A DNA stretch of 55,646 nt from Patescibacteria group bacterium (GCA_038063015.1 JBBTVX010000002.1:1-55646), one strand, 5' to 3'; counted from the first letter of the stretch, positions 30,112-40,287 are shown. The notes: a model not told the origin generated them from the letters alone. Numbers and translations are program-made.

Positions 30112-30645
30112 TTAGAATGGAATATCGCGGACATCAATTTCTTCGGCGGAGTCTCCTTGAAAAGGAATGGTTTTTGGCTCTTCGGCGTCATCTTGAGGGA
30201 GAATATAGTTTTCTTCAATTATTGGTATATCTCCGCCAGTTGGCGGATTGTTTTGCATTTCCGGCGCTGGGTTGGAAAACATCTTTTTTGCAGAATTATC
30301 CGCTACTGCTCCCCCCATTGATCTTGGGGCTAATTGTAAACCTTCGGCTATTATTTCTGTTCTGTATTGCTTCACTCCTGAGGAATTTTGCCATGACCCG
30401 GTTTTTATTCTGCCTTCAATTAAAACCAACGAACCCTTGTTTAAATATCTTGAGCTAATATCAGCTAATTTCCCAAAACAAACAATATTATGAAATTCTG
30501 CCTCCTGTTTTTTTTGACCAGTGTTATCAGTGTAGAATCTGTTTGTGGCTATACCGAAGTTAGTTACAGATTGTCCAGAAGGCAATGCGCGCACCTCAGG
30601 ATCACGAGTAACGTTTCCTAAAATAAAAGCTTTATTTAAATTCAT
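30112..30645 (-). CDS. ssb: Single-stranded DNA-binding protein
   Basis: MNLNKAFILGN..RDPE; acidic tail DIPF. Confidence 0.97.
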   Translation of the reverse strand: MNLNKAFILGNVTRDPEVRALPSGQSVTNFGIATNRFYTDNTGQKKQEAEFHNIVCFGKLADISSRYLNKGSLVLIEGRIKTGSWQNSSGVKQYRTEIIAEGLQLAPRSMGGAVADNSAKKMFSNPAPEMQNNPPTGGDIPIIEENYILPQDDAEEPKTIPFQGDSAEEIDVRDIPF

Positions 30646-30647
30646 TT

Positions 30648-31097
30648 TTACTCGCTTAAAATTTCGTCTAATTTTTTCTCAATTTCCTTTAATTCGACCT
30701 TTTTATTTATTTGTCTGTCTGGCAAATATGCTTTTTCTTCTTCTACGTCTCCAATAGACGCGGAGGATATTAATGGTTTCTTTTTTGTTCTTCTTTCTTT
30801 TTGTATTTTTGCTGGTTTTTTTATTATAAGAATATGGCGGATAATTTTGCCATCTTTTTGGATTTTTTCTTTTAATTCATCAAGATGTTCCGGCTCTAAT
30901 TGAAACTCTAAACCGCTAAAAAATCCAGAGCCCTGTTTCTTTATAGGATAAGCCAAAGTCCGAGGAGACGGCTTTTCAGATTTAAGAATTACTCCTTCTT
31001 TTTCTTGAATAAATGATTCAATATCTTTTGCTTTTGCCTCGGCTTCTTCGGCGGTTATTTCCGAAGAGATTATATACGTTAATTCGTACGGTTTCAT
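30648..31097 (-). CDS. rpsF: 30S ribosomal protein S6
   Basis: YELTYII...LAYPIKK...IIRH; rpsF-ssb-rpsR synteny. Confidence 0.95.
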   Translation of the reverse strand: MKPYELTYIISSEITAEEAEAKAKDIESFIQEKEGVILKSEKPSPRTLAYPIKKQGSGFFSGLEFQLEPEHLDELKEKIQKDGKIIRHILIIKKPAKIQKERRTKKKPLISSASIGDVEEEKAYLPDRQINKKVELKEIEKKLDEILSE

Positions 31098-31170
31098 ATA
31101 TCTTAAATTATGTTATAATACTATAATAATTTTAAATAAATTACAAGCCTCTAATAAGGCAAGAGCAATT

Positions 31171-32508
31171 ATGGTTAATCCAACAATTTTTAAATCTTAC
31201 GACATAAGGGGAGTTTATCCTAATGAATTGAATGAAGAAACCGCTCGCGCAATCGGCAGAGGTTTTGTCAAATATACGGGAGCTAAAAAAGTGGCGGTGG
31301 GACAAGATGCCCGTCTTTCATCACCAGCGCTATTCAAGAGCCTTGTGAAGGGCATTACAGAAGAGGGTGCCAATGTTTATAATTTGGGTCAAGTTCCCAC
31401 AGAATGTCTTTATTTCAGCGTGGGCGTTTATGCTTTTGACGCGGGAATTATGATTACAGCCAGCCATAATCCAAAAGAATACAACGGTTTTAAGATGATT
31501 AAGAAAAATGGTGATAATATTGACTGGATTAGAGGAGAAGATTTGCGAGCTATAGTAGAAGATGGAAATTTTAAGAATGATATTACTAAGGGCGCCATAG
31601 AGCGAAAGGACATATGGCCGGATTATGTAAAACACATTCTTTCTTTTGTTAATTTGGAAAAAATAAAAAATTTTAAGGTGGCTGTTGACGCTTCAAATGG
31701 CGTGGCCGGATTAGCTGTTTCAAAAATAGGAGACAAATTGCCGGCTAAAATATTTCTTTTAAATTATGAGCCAGACGGCGATTTTCCAAATCACAGTCCG
31801 AATCCTTTGCTGGCCGGGTCAACAGACCAAATTAAAAAAGAAATAGAAAAAGAAGGCGCGGACTTTGGTTTTATTTTTGACGGCGACGGAGATAGAATTT
31901 TTTTAGTGGATGAAAACGGATGGCTGGTTAGAGCCGATGTCGCTCTTTTGCTCTTAGCTAAATATTTTTTGCAAAAAAATCCAGGTTCGGCTATAGCCTA
32001 CAATGCAATTTGTTCAAAGGCCGCGCCAGAGCTTATTAAAAAATGGGGAGGCAAGCCAATTAGAACCAAAATTGGTTTTGTTAATGTGAGGGCCGGTTTA
32101 TTGGAAAATAACGGAATTATGGGAGGTGAGCCATCGGGGCATTATTGTTTCAGAGATAACTATTTTATGGATTCTGGAATGATTAGTTTTTTAATTTTGT
32201 TGCAAATAATTTCGGAGGAGCACAAAAAAGTTTCAGAAATAGCCCAGGAATTGTCTCCTTACGCCAAGTCTTCTGAAATTAATTTTGAGATTGCGAATAA
32301 AGAAGAAATACTCAATAAAATAAAAGAAAAATATGCTGACGGAAAGCAGGATTATTTAGATGGAATCACAGTGGAATATAACAACTGGTGGTTTAACGCA
32401 AGGGTTTCGCAAACAGAGCCCCTGTTAAGATTAACCATTGAAGCGGACACAAAAGATTTATTGGAAGAGAAGCAAAAAGAACTTAGGGCACTGATTACAG
32501 CCAAATAA
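31171..32508 (+). CDS. manB: Phosphomannomutase/phosphoglucomutase
   Basis: FKSYDIRG, ITASHNP, DGDGDR, GEPSGH. Confidence 0.93.
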   Translation: MVNPTIFKSYDIRGVYPNELNEETARAIGRGFVKYTGAKKVAVGQDARLSSPALFKSLVKGITEEGANVYNLGQVPTECLYFSVGVYAFDAGIMITASHNPKEYNGFKMIKKNGDNIDWIRGEDLRAIVEDGNFKNDITKGAIERKDIWPDYVKHILSFVNLEKIKNFKVAVDASNGVAGLAVSKIGDKLPAKIFLLNYEPDGDFPNHSPNPLLAGSTDQIKKEIEKEGADFGFIFDGDGDRIFLVDENGWLVRADVALLLLAKYFLQKNPGSAIAYNAICSKAAPELIKKWGGKPIRTKIGFVNVRAGLLENNGIMGGEPSGHYCFRDNYFMDSGMISFLILLQIISEEHKKVSEIAQELSPYAKSSEINFEIANKEEILNKIKEKYADGKQDYLDGITVEYNNWWFNARVSQTEPLLRLTIEADTKDLLEEKQKELRALITAK

Positions 32509-33060
32509 CTATTGAACTTTTACATAATAATTCATACCGTAGCTGGTATCGCAAGAAGCACAACAAGTACTTGTCCACAAGTCGCCTGTTCCACCGCCTT
32601 CTAATCTAGCATATATGTATGTTACTCTTTGACCTGATTCTGAACAAGTATATTTCATATAAAAATATAAACTCGGGGCTCTTATGCCACCGCTAGGGTC
32701 AATAATTTCTGTTGATAAAATTCCTGCGTTAATAAGGCATTGAGCCATTGAGATGGGAGCGCCAGAATAATCAAAATTAAACCAGCCATTGCCGCCCCCC
32801 CCACTTCCCGCATCGCATCTATCGTCAGTGTTAGTTTCAATCCAGCTATTATAAGCGGTATTGTACATAATTAACGCTAGTCTTATTTGGTTCAAGTCGG
32901 ATATTCTCCGGCTGTCTCTGGCTTTTGCCTTAAATCCTTGCACGCCCACAAAAACAATGCTGGATAAAAGAGAAATAATAGCAAGGACCACCAGCATTTC
33001 AACTAAGGTAAATCCGGTTAGAAGTTTGTTTTTTTTATTTTTGTATTTATTCTGTCCCAT
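32509..33060 (-). CDS. Orphan type IV pilin/GspG-like protein
   Basis: GFTLVEMLVVLAII...KARDSRRISDLNQI; likely start ATG 33060. Confidence 0.85.
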   Translation of the reverse strand: MGQNKYKNKKNKLLTGFTLVEMLVVLAIISLLSSIVFVGVQGFKAKARDSRRISDLNQIRLALIMYNTAYNSWIETNTDDRCDAGSGGGGNGWFNFDYSGAPISMAQCLINAGILSTEIIDPSGGIRAPSLYFYMKYTCSESGQRVTYIYARLEGGGTGDLWTSTCCASCDTSYGMNYYVKVQ

Positions 33061-33067
33061 ACAATTT

Positions 33068-33388
33068 TTAAGGAGTAATATCGGCTGGAGAACCGGCCTC
33101 CTCCCCAAAGTTTTCTATCGGCGCTTGATTTTTTATTTTTATGCCATTATTTCCTCCAAAAACCAAAAACAGCGAAATAATAATCGCTAGCCCAGCAAAT
33201 CCCAAAAGAATGTATTGCGCTTGAATCTCACTTTTTACCAGCCCGCCGGAACGTTTTATTACCCATTGAATCATTTTTGGAGTCCCGGGAGGGAAAGATT
33301 GGACAGGCAACTGGCCTTCGTCTTGAGATTTCACATTAGAATCTTTAAACGCGTTGCTTAAATCTATTTTATCGTTGTTGTTTATCAT
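33068..33388 (-). CDS. Hypothetical single-pass membrane protein
   Basis: 106 aa with one hydrophobic segment; PKMIQWVIKRSGGLVK. Confidence 0.65.
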   Translation of the reverse strand: MINNNDKIDLSNAFKDSNVKSQDEGQLPVQSFPPGTPKMIQWVIKRSGGLVKSEIQAQYILLGFAGLAIIISLFLVFGGNNGIKIKNQAPIENFGEEAGSPADITP

Positions 33389-33468
33389 AGATGTTTATTT
33401 TAATTTTGTAATTTTCTAAATATTCTTATTTCCGTATCTCATTTATATTATATCAAAAAATAAAAATT

Positions 33469-34446
33469 TTAAGTAAGTCCCATTTTTTCACGGGTTTCCT
33501 GAATTGTGGTTTGGGCAATAGTTAAAGCCCTTGCCTTGCCTTTGTTTAAAATTTCTTTGACGTAAACATCTCTTGATAAAAATTCTTTTTGTTTTCTTCG
33601 GAAAGGCTCTAAATAATCTATTATTATTTTAGCAGTCGCTTTTTTAAAATCTCCATAACCCTTTCCTTTAAATTTTTTTTCAATTTCTTTGATGGGCTGG
33701 TCGGCAAGCAAACTATAAATAGTTAAAAGATTAGAAATACCCGGCTTTTTTATTGGTTCATAAGTTATAGTTTTGCCGGAATCGGTTGTCGCCGATATTA
33801 TTTTTTTTTGGATGTCTTCTGGCGCGTCAAATAAAGAAATATAGCTTTTTGGGTCATCTGATTTTGACATCTTCTTTTTAGGGTCAACTAAACTCATTAT
33901 CTTGTCTCCCATTTTTGGGAGTATTGATTTCGGCTCCGGAAAAGTTTCGCCAAATTTTTGATTAAATTTTTTAGCAATTGTTCTGGCCAACTCTACATGC
34001 TGTTCTTGGTCTTTGCCGACCGGCACAGCTTGGGTATTGTATAAAAGAATATCAGCGGCCATTAAAACAGGATAATTAAATAAGCCGGCATTAATATATT
34101 TTGGGTGTTTTTTCGCTTTTTCTTTAAATTGAGTCATTCTCTGAAGATCTCCCATTGGCGTTATTGTATTTAAGAGCCAAGCCAATTCAGCATGCTCTTT
34201 AACCTGCGACTGCACAAAAATAATTGATTTTTCTGGATTCACGCCTGCGGCTAAATAAATAATAGCAGTCTCAAAAATATTTTTTTGCATCTCTTTTGGA
34301 TTATAAGGCGTGGTAATAGCGTGCAAGTCCACAATGCAAAAAACGCATTCATTTTTTTCTTGAAGGTTAATCCATTGCTTAATTGCTCCTAAATAATTTC
34401 CAATATGTATATCGCCTGTTGGCCTAATTCCGCTAAAAATTCTCAT
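33469..34446 (-). CDS. trpS: Tryptophan--tRNA ligase
   Basis: HIGN, YPVLMAADIL, VGKDQ, KMSKS. Confidence 0.98.
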   Translation of the reverse strand: MRIFSGIRPTGDIHIGNYLGAIKQWINLQEKNECVFCIVDLHAITTPYNPKEMQKNIFETAIIYLAAGVNPEKSIIFVQSQVKEHAELAWLLNTITPMGDLQRMTQFKEKAKKHPKYINAGLFNYPVLMAADILLYNTQAVPVGKDQEQHVELARTIAKKFNQKFGETFPEPKSILPKMGDKIMSLVDPKKKMSKSDDPKSYISLFDAPEDIQKKIISATTDSGKTITYEPIKKPGISNLLTIYSLLADQPIKEIEKKFKGKGYGDFKKATAKIIIDYLEPFRRKQKEFLSRDVYVKEILNKGKARALTIAQTTIQETREKMGLT

Positions 34447-34466
34447 AGTTTTAATTTTAATTATTT

Positions 34467-36179
34467 TTATACCTCTATTACCACGGGCAGTATTATTGGC
34501 CTTCTTTCTGTTTTAGTATGTAAAAAGTCGCCGATTTTATTCCTTAATTCGTCTTTTACATACAGCCAGTTAACCGCGCCCCCATGGCCGGCTGTTTTGT
34601 CTACGATTTCAATTACTTTTTTACGGGTTTGGGATAATAAATCTTTTGATTCTCTTAAATATACAAAGCCGCGGGAAATAATATCTGGGGAGCCCTTAAC
34701 TCTGCCCGTTTTTCTGTCTATGATGGCGATAATGACAAACATTCCGTCTTTTGCCAGCATTTGGCGGTCTCTTAAGACAATTTCTCCAACATCTCCAACT
34801 CCTAATCCGTCAACAAAAACATAATTTACTGGGACAGTTTCTTTTAATATTTCCGCGCTTGCTTGCCCTGAGCTTGCCGAATGGGTGAAGTTTATAACAG
34901 AGCCATTGTTGGGAACAAACACTTTATCTTTTAAGAAACCCATTTCATAAGCTATTTTTGCGCTTTCTTTCAACATATAGTGATTGCCATAAACAGGGAT
35001 AAAATAAGTTGGTCTTATTTCTCCAAGCATTTGTTTTATGCCGTTTATGTTGCCGTGGCCAGATATGTGCACATCAATAATATCTGAATGGTAAACATTA
35101 TCAGAAAGGCGGTAAAGATTGTCTTTTAGCCGTTGGACAGTCCTTTCGTTTCCAGGAATTACAGAAGACGAGAAAATGACAGTGTCTTCTTTTTTAATTT
35201 TTACATGCCTGTGGTTTCCAGCCACAATTCTTGACAGAGCCGCCATTTCTTCGCCCTGAGCGCCAGTGCAAATTATAATAACCTTGTTATCGGGATAATT
35301 ATGAGCTTTATCTGTTGTGATTATAACTCCTTTAGGAATTTTAATATAACCCAATTTTGTCGCCAGTTCTATATTTAACTTCATTGAAAATCCATCTAGA
35401 GCGACTTTTCTATTGGTTTGTGTGGCATATTCTAATATTTGTCTAATTCTTTCAATTTGGGATGAGAAAGTGGCAATAATAGTCCTGCCCGGAGCCTTTG
35501 TTATCAATTTATAAAGGTTATTTAACATTTCTTCTTCAGTGACGGGTTCTTTAGAATCTGTAGCCCCTAAAGATTCAAGCATTAAAACAGTTGGCCTTGG
35601 CAAGTTAGCTAAATGAGAATAAGTTATAACTTTTTTACCTTCAGAGCTTTTCCCAATTGTCCAATCTCCCGGGTGTATTACTGTTACGGCGGGGGTTTCT
35701 AAAATTATACCAACAGCGTCCATAACAGAGTGATCAACTGCGAAAAAACTTAAAGTAAAAGCTCCAAGACTAAATTTTTGCTGGAGGTCTTTTATATAAA
35801 TTGCTTTTAGTTTTTTTGAAGCTCCGTGATATAAGTCTTCAACTCTGTGCTTTACCATTTCAAGCGTAAGAGGCCTGCCGATGATTTGAGGATTGCCGAG
35901 TTTTTGCAACAATATTGGAGCGGCTCCGATATGGTCTAAGTGTCCATGAGAAAAGATAACCCCGCGAATATTTTTTTCTTTTTCTCTTAGATATTCAATA
36001 TTGGGAATTACGTAATCAATGCCAGGCATATCTTCTTCGGGAAATTGCAGCCCCATATCCAAAATTACAATATCTTGGCCATATTCAAAAATAGTCATAT
36101 TTCTTCCGACTTCTTCGCATCCTCCAAGGGGAATAATCCTTAAATTATTTTCAGTTTTATTTTTTTTATATTGTATCAT
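34467..36179 (-). CDS. rnj: Ribonuclease J
   Basis: PLGGCEEVGRNM, HGHLDHIG, TGAQGE, HISGH. Confidence 0.96.
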   Translation of the reverse strand: MIQYKKNKTENNLRIIPLGGCEEVGRNMTIFEYGQDIVILDMGLQFPEEDMPGIDYVIPNIEYLREKEKNIRGVIFSHGHLDHIGAAPILLQKLGNPQIIGRPLTLEMVKHRVEDLYHGASKKLKAIYIKDLQQKFSLGAFTLSFFAVDHSVMDAVGIILETPAVTVIHPGDWTIGKSSEGKKVITYSHLANLPRPTVLMLESLGATDSKEPVTEEEMLNNLYKLITKAPGRTIIATFSSQIERIRQILEYATQTNRKVALDGFSMKLNIELATKLGYIKIPKGVIITTDKAHNYPDNKVIIICTGAQGEEMAALSRIVAGNHRHVKIKKEDTVIFSSSVIPGNERTVQRLKDNLYRLSDNVYHSDIIDVHISGHGNINGIKQMLGEIRPTYFIPVYGNHYMLKESAKIAYEMGFLKDKVFVPNNGSVINFTHSASSGQASAEILKETVPVNYVFVDGLGVGDVGEIVLRDRQMLAKDGMFVIIAIIDRKTGRVKGSPDIISRGFVYLRESKDLLSQTRKKVIEIVDKTAGHGGAVNWLYVKDELRNKIGDFLHTKTERRPIILPVVIEV

Positions 36180-37186
36180 TTGATTAGATTTATTAATTTA
36201 TTTTTTGAGAACGAATTTATGTTTTCTATTGTTGTGTCTAAAATTCTTAACAGCGCTTCTTTGCTGTTGAAGGCATTGTGGGGAGTAATAATTACATTCG
36301 GCTGATTGATTAGAATATGATTTTGGAGAATTGTTTTTAAATCGCAGGTTTTTTTAAAATCAGGGTCTAAAAGCTCTCTTTCCTCTTTGATAAAATATTC
36401 TTCTTCCAAAACATCCAGCCCTAATCCGGCAAAAATTTTATTTTTTAATCCTTGCAACAGAGCAGTGGTGTCGCAGATTCCGCCCCTAGACGTGTTTATC
36501 AAATAACAATCTTTTTTAAACAATTTTAGAGATTCTTTATTTATTAAATGATGGGTTGATTTATTGTAGGGGAGATGAAGAGTGATAATGTCGGAGTTTT
36601 TGAATAAATAATCAAGGGACACATATTTAAAGTCCATTTTTTTAGCCAGTTTTTGGTCTTTTTTTATATCGTAAGCCAAAATTTTCATATTAAAACCATT
36701 GGCAATCCTTATTACATGGCGTCCGATATTGCCAGTTCCCACCACGCCCAAATTTTTTTCCTTTAAATCAAAACCCCTTAATCCCTCCAAGGAGAAATCG
36801 CCCTTTTTTGTTTTTTCCAAAGAAGGATAAATTTTTCTTGATAAATCCAGAATTAAAGCAAAAGTATGTTCAGCCACGGTATTTTCGCCGTAAGTCGGCA
36901 CATTGGAAACCAAGATTTTTTTATTGCGGCAGGCCTTTAAATTAATATGGTCAAAGCCGGTTGAACGGGTTGCTATATATTTTAAGGCTTTTAAAGAGCC
37001 GATAATTTTTTTATCAATAACAGAGTAAACAAAAGGAGACAAGACGCTAATATCGGATATTTTTTTTAAATTATTTGAATTTATTTTTTCTTCAAAAAAT
37101 ATTAAATCAAAATTCCTTAGCTGGGATTCTAAATAGTCTTTTTCCCATGGTTCTGTTTCAAAAAAAGCAATTTTTATTTTATTCAT
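36176..37186 (-). CDS. D-2-hydroxyacid dehydrogenase (D-lactate dehydrogenase-like)
   Basis: RSTGFDHI, VAEHTF, GVVGTGNIG, INTSRG, LDVLEEE, TPHNAF. Confidence 0.9.
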   Translation of the reverse strand: MNKIKIAFFETEPWEKDYLESQLRNFDLIFFEEKINSNNLKKISDISVLSPFVYSVIDKKIIGSLKALKYIATRSTGFDHINLKACRNKKILVSNVPTYGENTVAEHTFALILDLSRKIYPSLEKTKKGDFSLEGLRGFDLKEKNLGVVGTGNIGRHVIRIANGFNMKILAYDIKKDQKLAKKMDFKYVSLDYLFKNSDIITLHLPYNKSTHHLINKESLKLFKKDCYLINTSRGGICDTTALLQGLKNKIFAGLGLDVLEEEYFIKEERELLDPDFKKTCDLKTILQNHILINQPNVIITPHNAFNSKEALLRILDTTIENINSFSKNKLINLIK

Positions 37187-37199
37187 ATTATTTTATCTG

Positions 37200-37282
37200 T
37201 GCGGGCAGGAGGATTTGCACCTCCACAGGATTACTCCCACTGGCTCCTGAAGCCAGCGCGTCTGCTGTTCCGCCATGCCCGC
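37200..37282 (-). tRNA. tRNA-Leu(CAG)
   Basis: Reverse strand GCGGGCA...CTGGC-TT-CAG-GA-GCCAG, long variable arm, GGAGG-TGCAAAT-CCTCC, TGCCCGC-A. Confidence 0.92.
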
Positions 37283-37299
37283 TGGGTTCCCTTTCTATT

Positions 37300-37902
37300 C
37301 TATTTCAGAAAACTTAAATCTTCTGGCAGAGATTTTAGAGGTTCCTCAAACCGCAGTTCGGGAACTGATTTGTAGTTATTGTTTTTTGTCCAGCCGGTTT
37401 TTAAATAATAATAGCAAGCTCCCTGCATTTTTTCATATAAAGAATAATCGCTTTTGCATTGGGAAGAAATCCAATTTGCCATTTTTAATTCTTCTGTTTC
37501 GGAAGGATTGATAGTTACGTGACCGTAATAAGAAGGGATTATAATAATATCTCCTTTTCGCGCCTTTACGGCATAAACATCTAATATTATGCCTTTTTGT
37601 CCCGCGTAGCGGGACATTAAATATATGGCTTCGCCTTCTAAAACAATATAAATCTCCTGGTATGCTCCGATATGGCAATGGCCTTTGGTTTTTACAAACT
37701 CTAAACCCAGCATTGCGGGCGGAATAACGGTTATGTCATACCGGATTCCATTCTTTTCTTCTAAGCCCCTATACATATAATAAAGGTCAAAATCGGGGTA
37801 CTCCTTGGGCATGGTCTTAAGCCATTCTTGGTTATAGAGAACAATTTTTATGTCGTTTAATTTACGGATATCAGGAGTTAAGTTTTTTAAATCTATTTCC
37901 AT
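37300..37902 (-). CDS. Cupin-type (archaeal-like) glucose-6-phosphate isomerase family protein
   Basis: LYYMYR..RYDITVIPP...KTKGHCH...EIY...YGHVTIN; likely start ATG 37902. Confidence 0.85.
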   Translation of the reverse strand: MEIDLKNLTPDIRKLNDIKIVLYNQEWLKTMPKEYPDFDLYYMYRGLEEKNGIRYDITVIPPAMLGLEFVKTKGHCHIGAYQEIYIVLEGEAIYLMSRYAGQKGIILDVYAVKARKGDIIIIPSYYGHVTINPSETEELKMANWISSQCKSDYSLYEKMQGACYYYLKTGWTKNNNYKSVPELRFEEPLKSLPEDLSFLK

Positions 37903-39899
37903 ACTCTTTTGGTTTTGATAAACCAATTTTCAATATTAGAAAATCTTTTTGCAGGATCAACTATTTTCGTTGTTTCCAATCCCTTTATTTTTGCAGAAAC
38001 CCAATAAATATAATCGGGATTATATAAAAATAGGGCAGGAGCGTCTTCTAATATAATATTTTGCAGTTTTTCATATTTTTTTTGTTTTTCATTATTATCT
38101 AAAGTTTCTCTAGCGTCTTTTAATAAAGTATCAATGTCTTTATTTTCATATTCTGATAAATTAAGCCCCGGATCGTTTTTTTGAGAAGAGTGCCAAAAAG
38201 GGTAAAGATCTGGCTCGCTTCCCAAGGCTTCTCCGAATAGAAGAGCGTCGTAGTTTCTTTCTTTTATAATAGATTTAAGTTCGGAAACTTCCACAGCTTT
38301 TATATTAACCATAGCTCCAACCTTTTGCCAGTAATTTTTTAGAGAATTAGCCACCTGAATTAACTGTGGTTGGTTTATTGTAACTATGGTAAATTGCAAA
38401 AGTTGGGAGTTTTCTTGAGGCGTTGCGCAGAGTTTATTTAGTTTTATTCTTGTAGCTTTGCCAACCTCTCCCGTTGGTTTCTCTTCTGGCAGATATTTTT
38501 TTTGAAACTCAATTACGGCGTTTTCAGTTGCTTTTCCGTATGTTCCATTGGTTTCTCCTTGTAAAAAATCAGAAAAATTATCGTTTGGCAGTCGGGACAA
38601 GCATTTTTGTAGTTCTGTCACATCTTTCCCCTTAGACTTAACAGAAAGATAATTTTTAAATTGGAAAGCCGGTTTTTTATCTAATATCTTTTCTCTTTGG
38701 CCGGAACTAAGAGCTTTAAATCCTGTTTTATCTAAAAGGTTATTGGCTTTTTCAACGCTAAACTCGTAAGCTATTGCAGGTTCTTGATATCCAAAATATT
38801 GAGGCAATATTGGAGAATTAACAATGAAAGCCCTCTCTTTTGTAGAAATTCCTATTTCGTTAATAATTTCATTTTTATCTGTGGCATAATTTAAAGCTTT
38901 TCTTAAATTAATATCTGAAAACAGTTTTGTTTTTTGAGTATTAAAAAATACAGCAAAATATCTAGGCAGAGATAAATAATAAGCGGTAAATTTTTTATCT
39001 TTAGTCCAGCCTTGGCGGATTTCTTTTTCGGCTTGGGCTTCGTTGTTATCTAATTGGGCCAAAGAAAAACCATCTATTGTTTTTGCGTTAACAGTTTTAA
39101 TCAATTCTTCTTTTTTTTCAAAAAATTGAAAAGAAAGATTAGATATAAAAGGAATCCCATTATAATATTTACGATTGGCCGTTAGGTCGATATTTTTTAT
39201 AAAACCGCTTTCTATTTGTTTCAAGTTTTTAAAACTATAAGGGCCAGACCCAATCGGTTGCAAATTATACGAAGAAAGAGCGAAGCTTTCGGGCAGGATA
39301 TTTTCCCAAATATGTTTCGGAATTATTTTTATAGTATTATTTTCCAAGAAAGAATTATAGGGGATTTTTAACCTAAAAGTGAAAGATTTGTCTGATGTTT
39401 TTTCTATGTCAACGTCTATCCAGTTAGCCCTTAGCGGACTTTTATAATCTGAGTTCTGTATAGTTTTTATTGTGAAAATTATATCGTCTGCTGTGAGAGG
39501 TCTTCCATCTTGCCAAAAGAGATTATCTTTTAATATAAAGTCATAAGTTTTTCCGTCATTAGAAATTTTATAGCTATCTGCCAAATCATTTACAATTTTA
39601 CCATCTTTGTCGTAAGACATCAGGCCGGAAAAAATAAGGTCAATTAAAGCTCGGTCAATATCATTGGTTTCGCCATAAATAGGATTTATAAATCTTGGTT
39701 GTCCAATAATTCCCTCTGAATAAGCGCCGCCTATAGCCGGCGCAACCTTTGTGTTTTTAATGTAGAAATCAGTTGTAAGAAAAATTAACGAGCTAAAAGC
39801 CAAAACAAAAAAAATTGAAAGCGCTATTTTTTCATTTTTTTTGAGTACTTTAAATATCTGTTTCCATTGAGAAATTTTTGGCAATTTTAATTTACTCAT
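37893..39899 (-). CDS. ABC peptide transporter substrate-binding protein (family 5) with an inserted peptidoglycan-binding domain
   Basis: LIFSGL...DLA...WQDGRPLTADDIIFT, PIGSGPY, FWHSSQ; insert GKDVTELQKCL...YGKATENAVIEFQKKY...GEVGKATR. Confidence 0.88.
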   Translation of the reverse strand: MSKLKLPKISQWKQIFKVLKKNEKIALSIFFVLAFSSLIFLTTDFYIKNTKVAPAIGGAYSEGIIGQPRFINPIYGETNDIDRALIDLIFSGLMSYDKDGKIVNDLADSYKISNDGKTYDFILKDNLFWQDGRPLTADDIIFTIKTIQNSDYKSPLRANWIDVDIEKTSDKSFTFRLKIPYNSFLENNTIKIIPKHIWENILPESFALSSYNLQPIGSGPYSFKNLKQIESGFIKNIDLTANRKYYNGIPFISNLSFQFFEKKEELIKTVNAKTIDGFSLAQLDNNEAQAEKEIRQGWTKDKKFTAYYLSLPRYFAVFFNTQKTKLFSDINLRKALNYATDKNEIINEIGISTKERAFIVNSPILPQYFGYQEPAIAYEFSVEKANNLLDKTGFKALSSGQREKILDKKPAFQFKNYLSVKSKGKDVTELQKCLSRLPNDNFSDFLQGETNGTYGKATENAVIEFQKKYLPEEKPTGEVGKATRIKLNKLCATPQENSQLLQFTIVTINQPQLIQVANSLKNYWQKVGAMVNIKAVEVSELKSIIKERNYDALLFGEALGSEPDLYPFWHSSQKNDPGLNLSEYENKDIDTLLKDARETLDNNEKQKKYEKLQNIILEDAPALFLYNPDYIYWVSAKIKGLETTKIVDPAKRFSNIENWFIKTKRVWK

Positions 39900-39908
39900 T
39901 AAACTATT

Positions 39909-40073
39909 TACCTTGAATTACGAAATAACCTTCAACTCTTTATATTTTGGTTTTGGCTGCGACTTTGCAAAAATTTCTCGGCAGAATACTCTGTATATGC
40001 CTCAAAATTTTTGCTTCGTCTCGCCCGAAAACCAAAATAAAATAGTTCGGAAGGCATTTCGTAACTCAAGGTA
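39909..40073. mobile_element. MITE-like long hairpin element (~165 bp, TA ends), same family as 26351-26512
   Basis: TACCTTGAATTACGAAAT / ATTTCGTAACTCAAGGTA (17/18), nested stems, central ATACTCTGTAT (reverse complement of ATACAGAGTAT). Confidence 0.65.
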
Positions 40074-40284
40074 TGACGAGGTTTAAAATACCTAAAATAA
40101 TAAATAAACCAGCCGCAATTATTGTGGCGTAATAGAGTTTTTTTTGCAATCCGCGCCTTGAAGAGTAAAATTCTCCTCCTCCGCCAAAAGCAGACCCCAA
40201 AGCAGCTCCTCTTTGTTGAAAAGCTATAAAGATAATTAAAATTATAGAAACAGCTATTTGAGCATAAAATAAAACTTGATTCAT
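40066..40284 (-). CDS. secG: Preprotein translocase subunit SecG
   Basis: Two TMs around FQQRGAALGSAFGG...RRGLQK. Confidence 0.9.
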   Translation of the reverse strand: MNQVLFYAQIAVSIILIIFIAFQQRGAALGSAFGGGGEFYSSRRGLQKKLYYATIIAAGLFIILGILNLVIP

Positions 40285-40287
40285 GAA

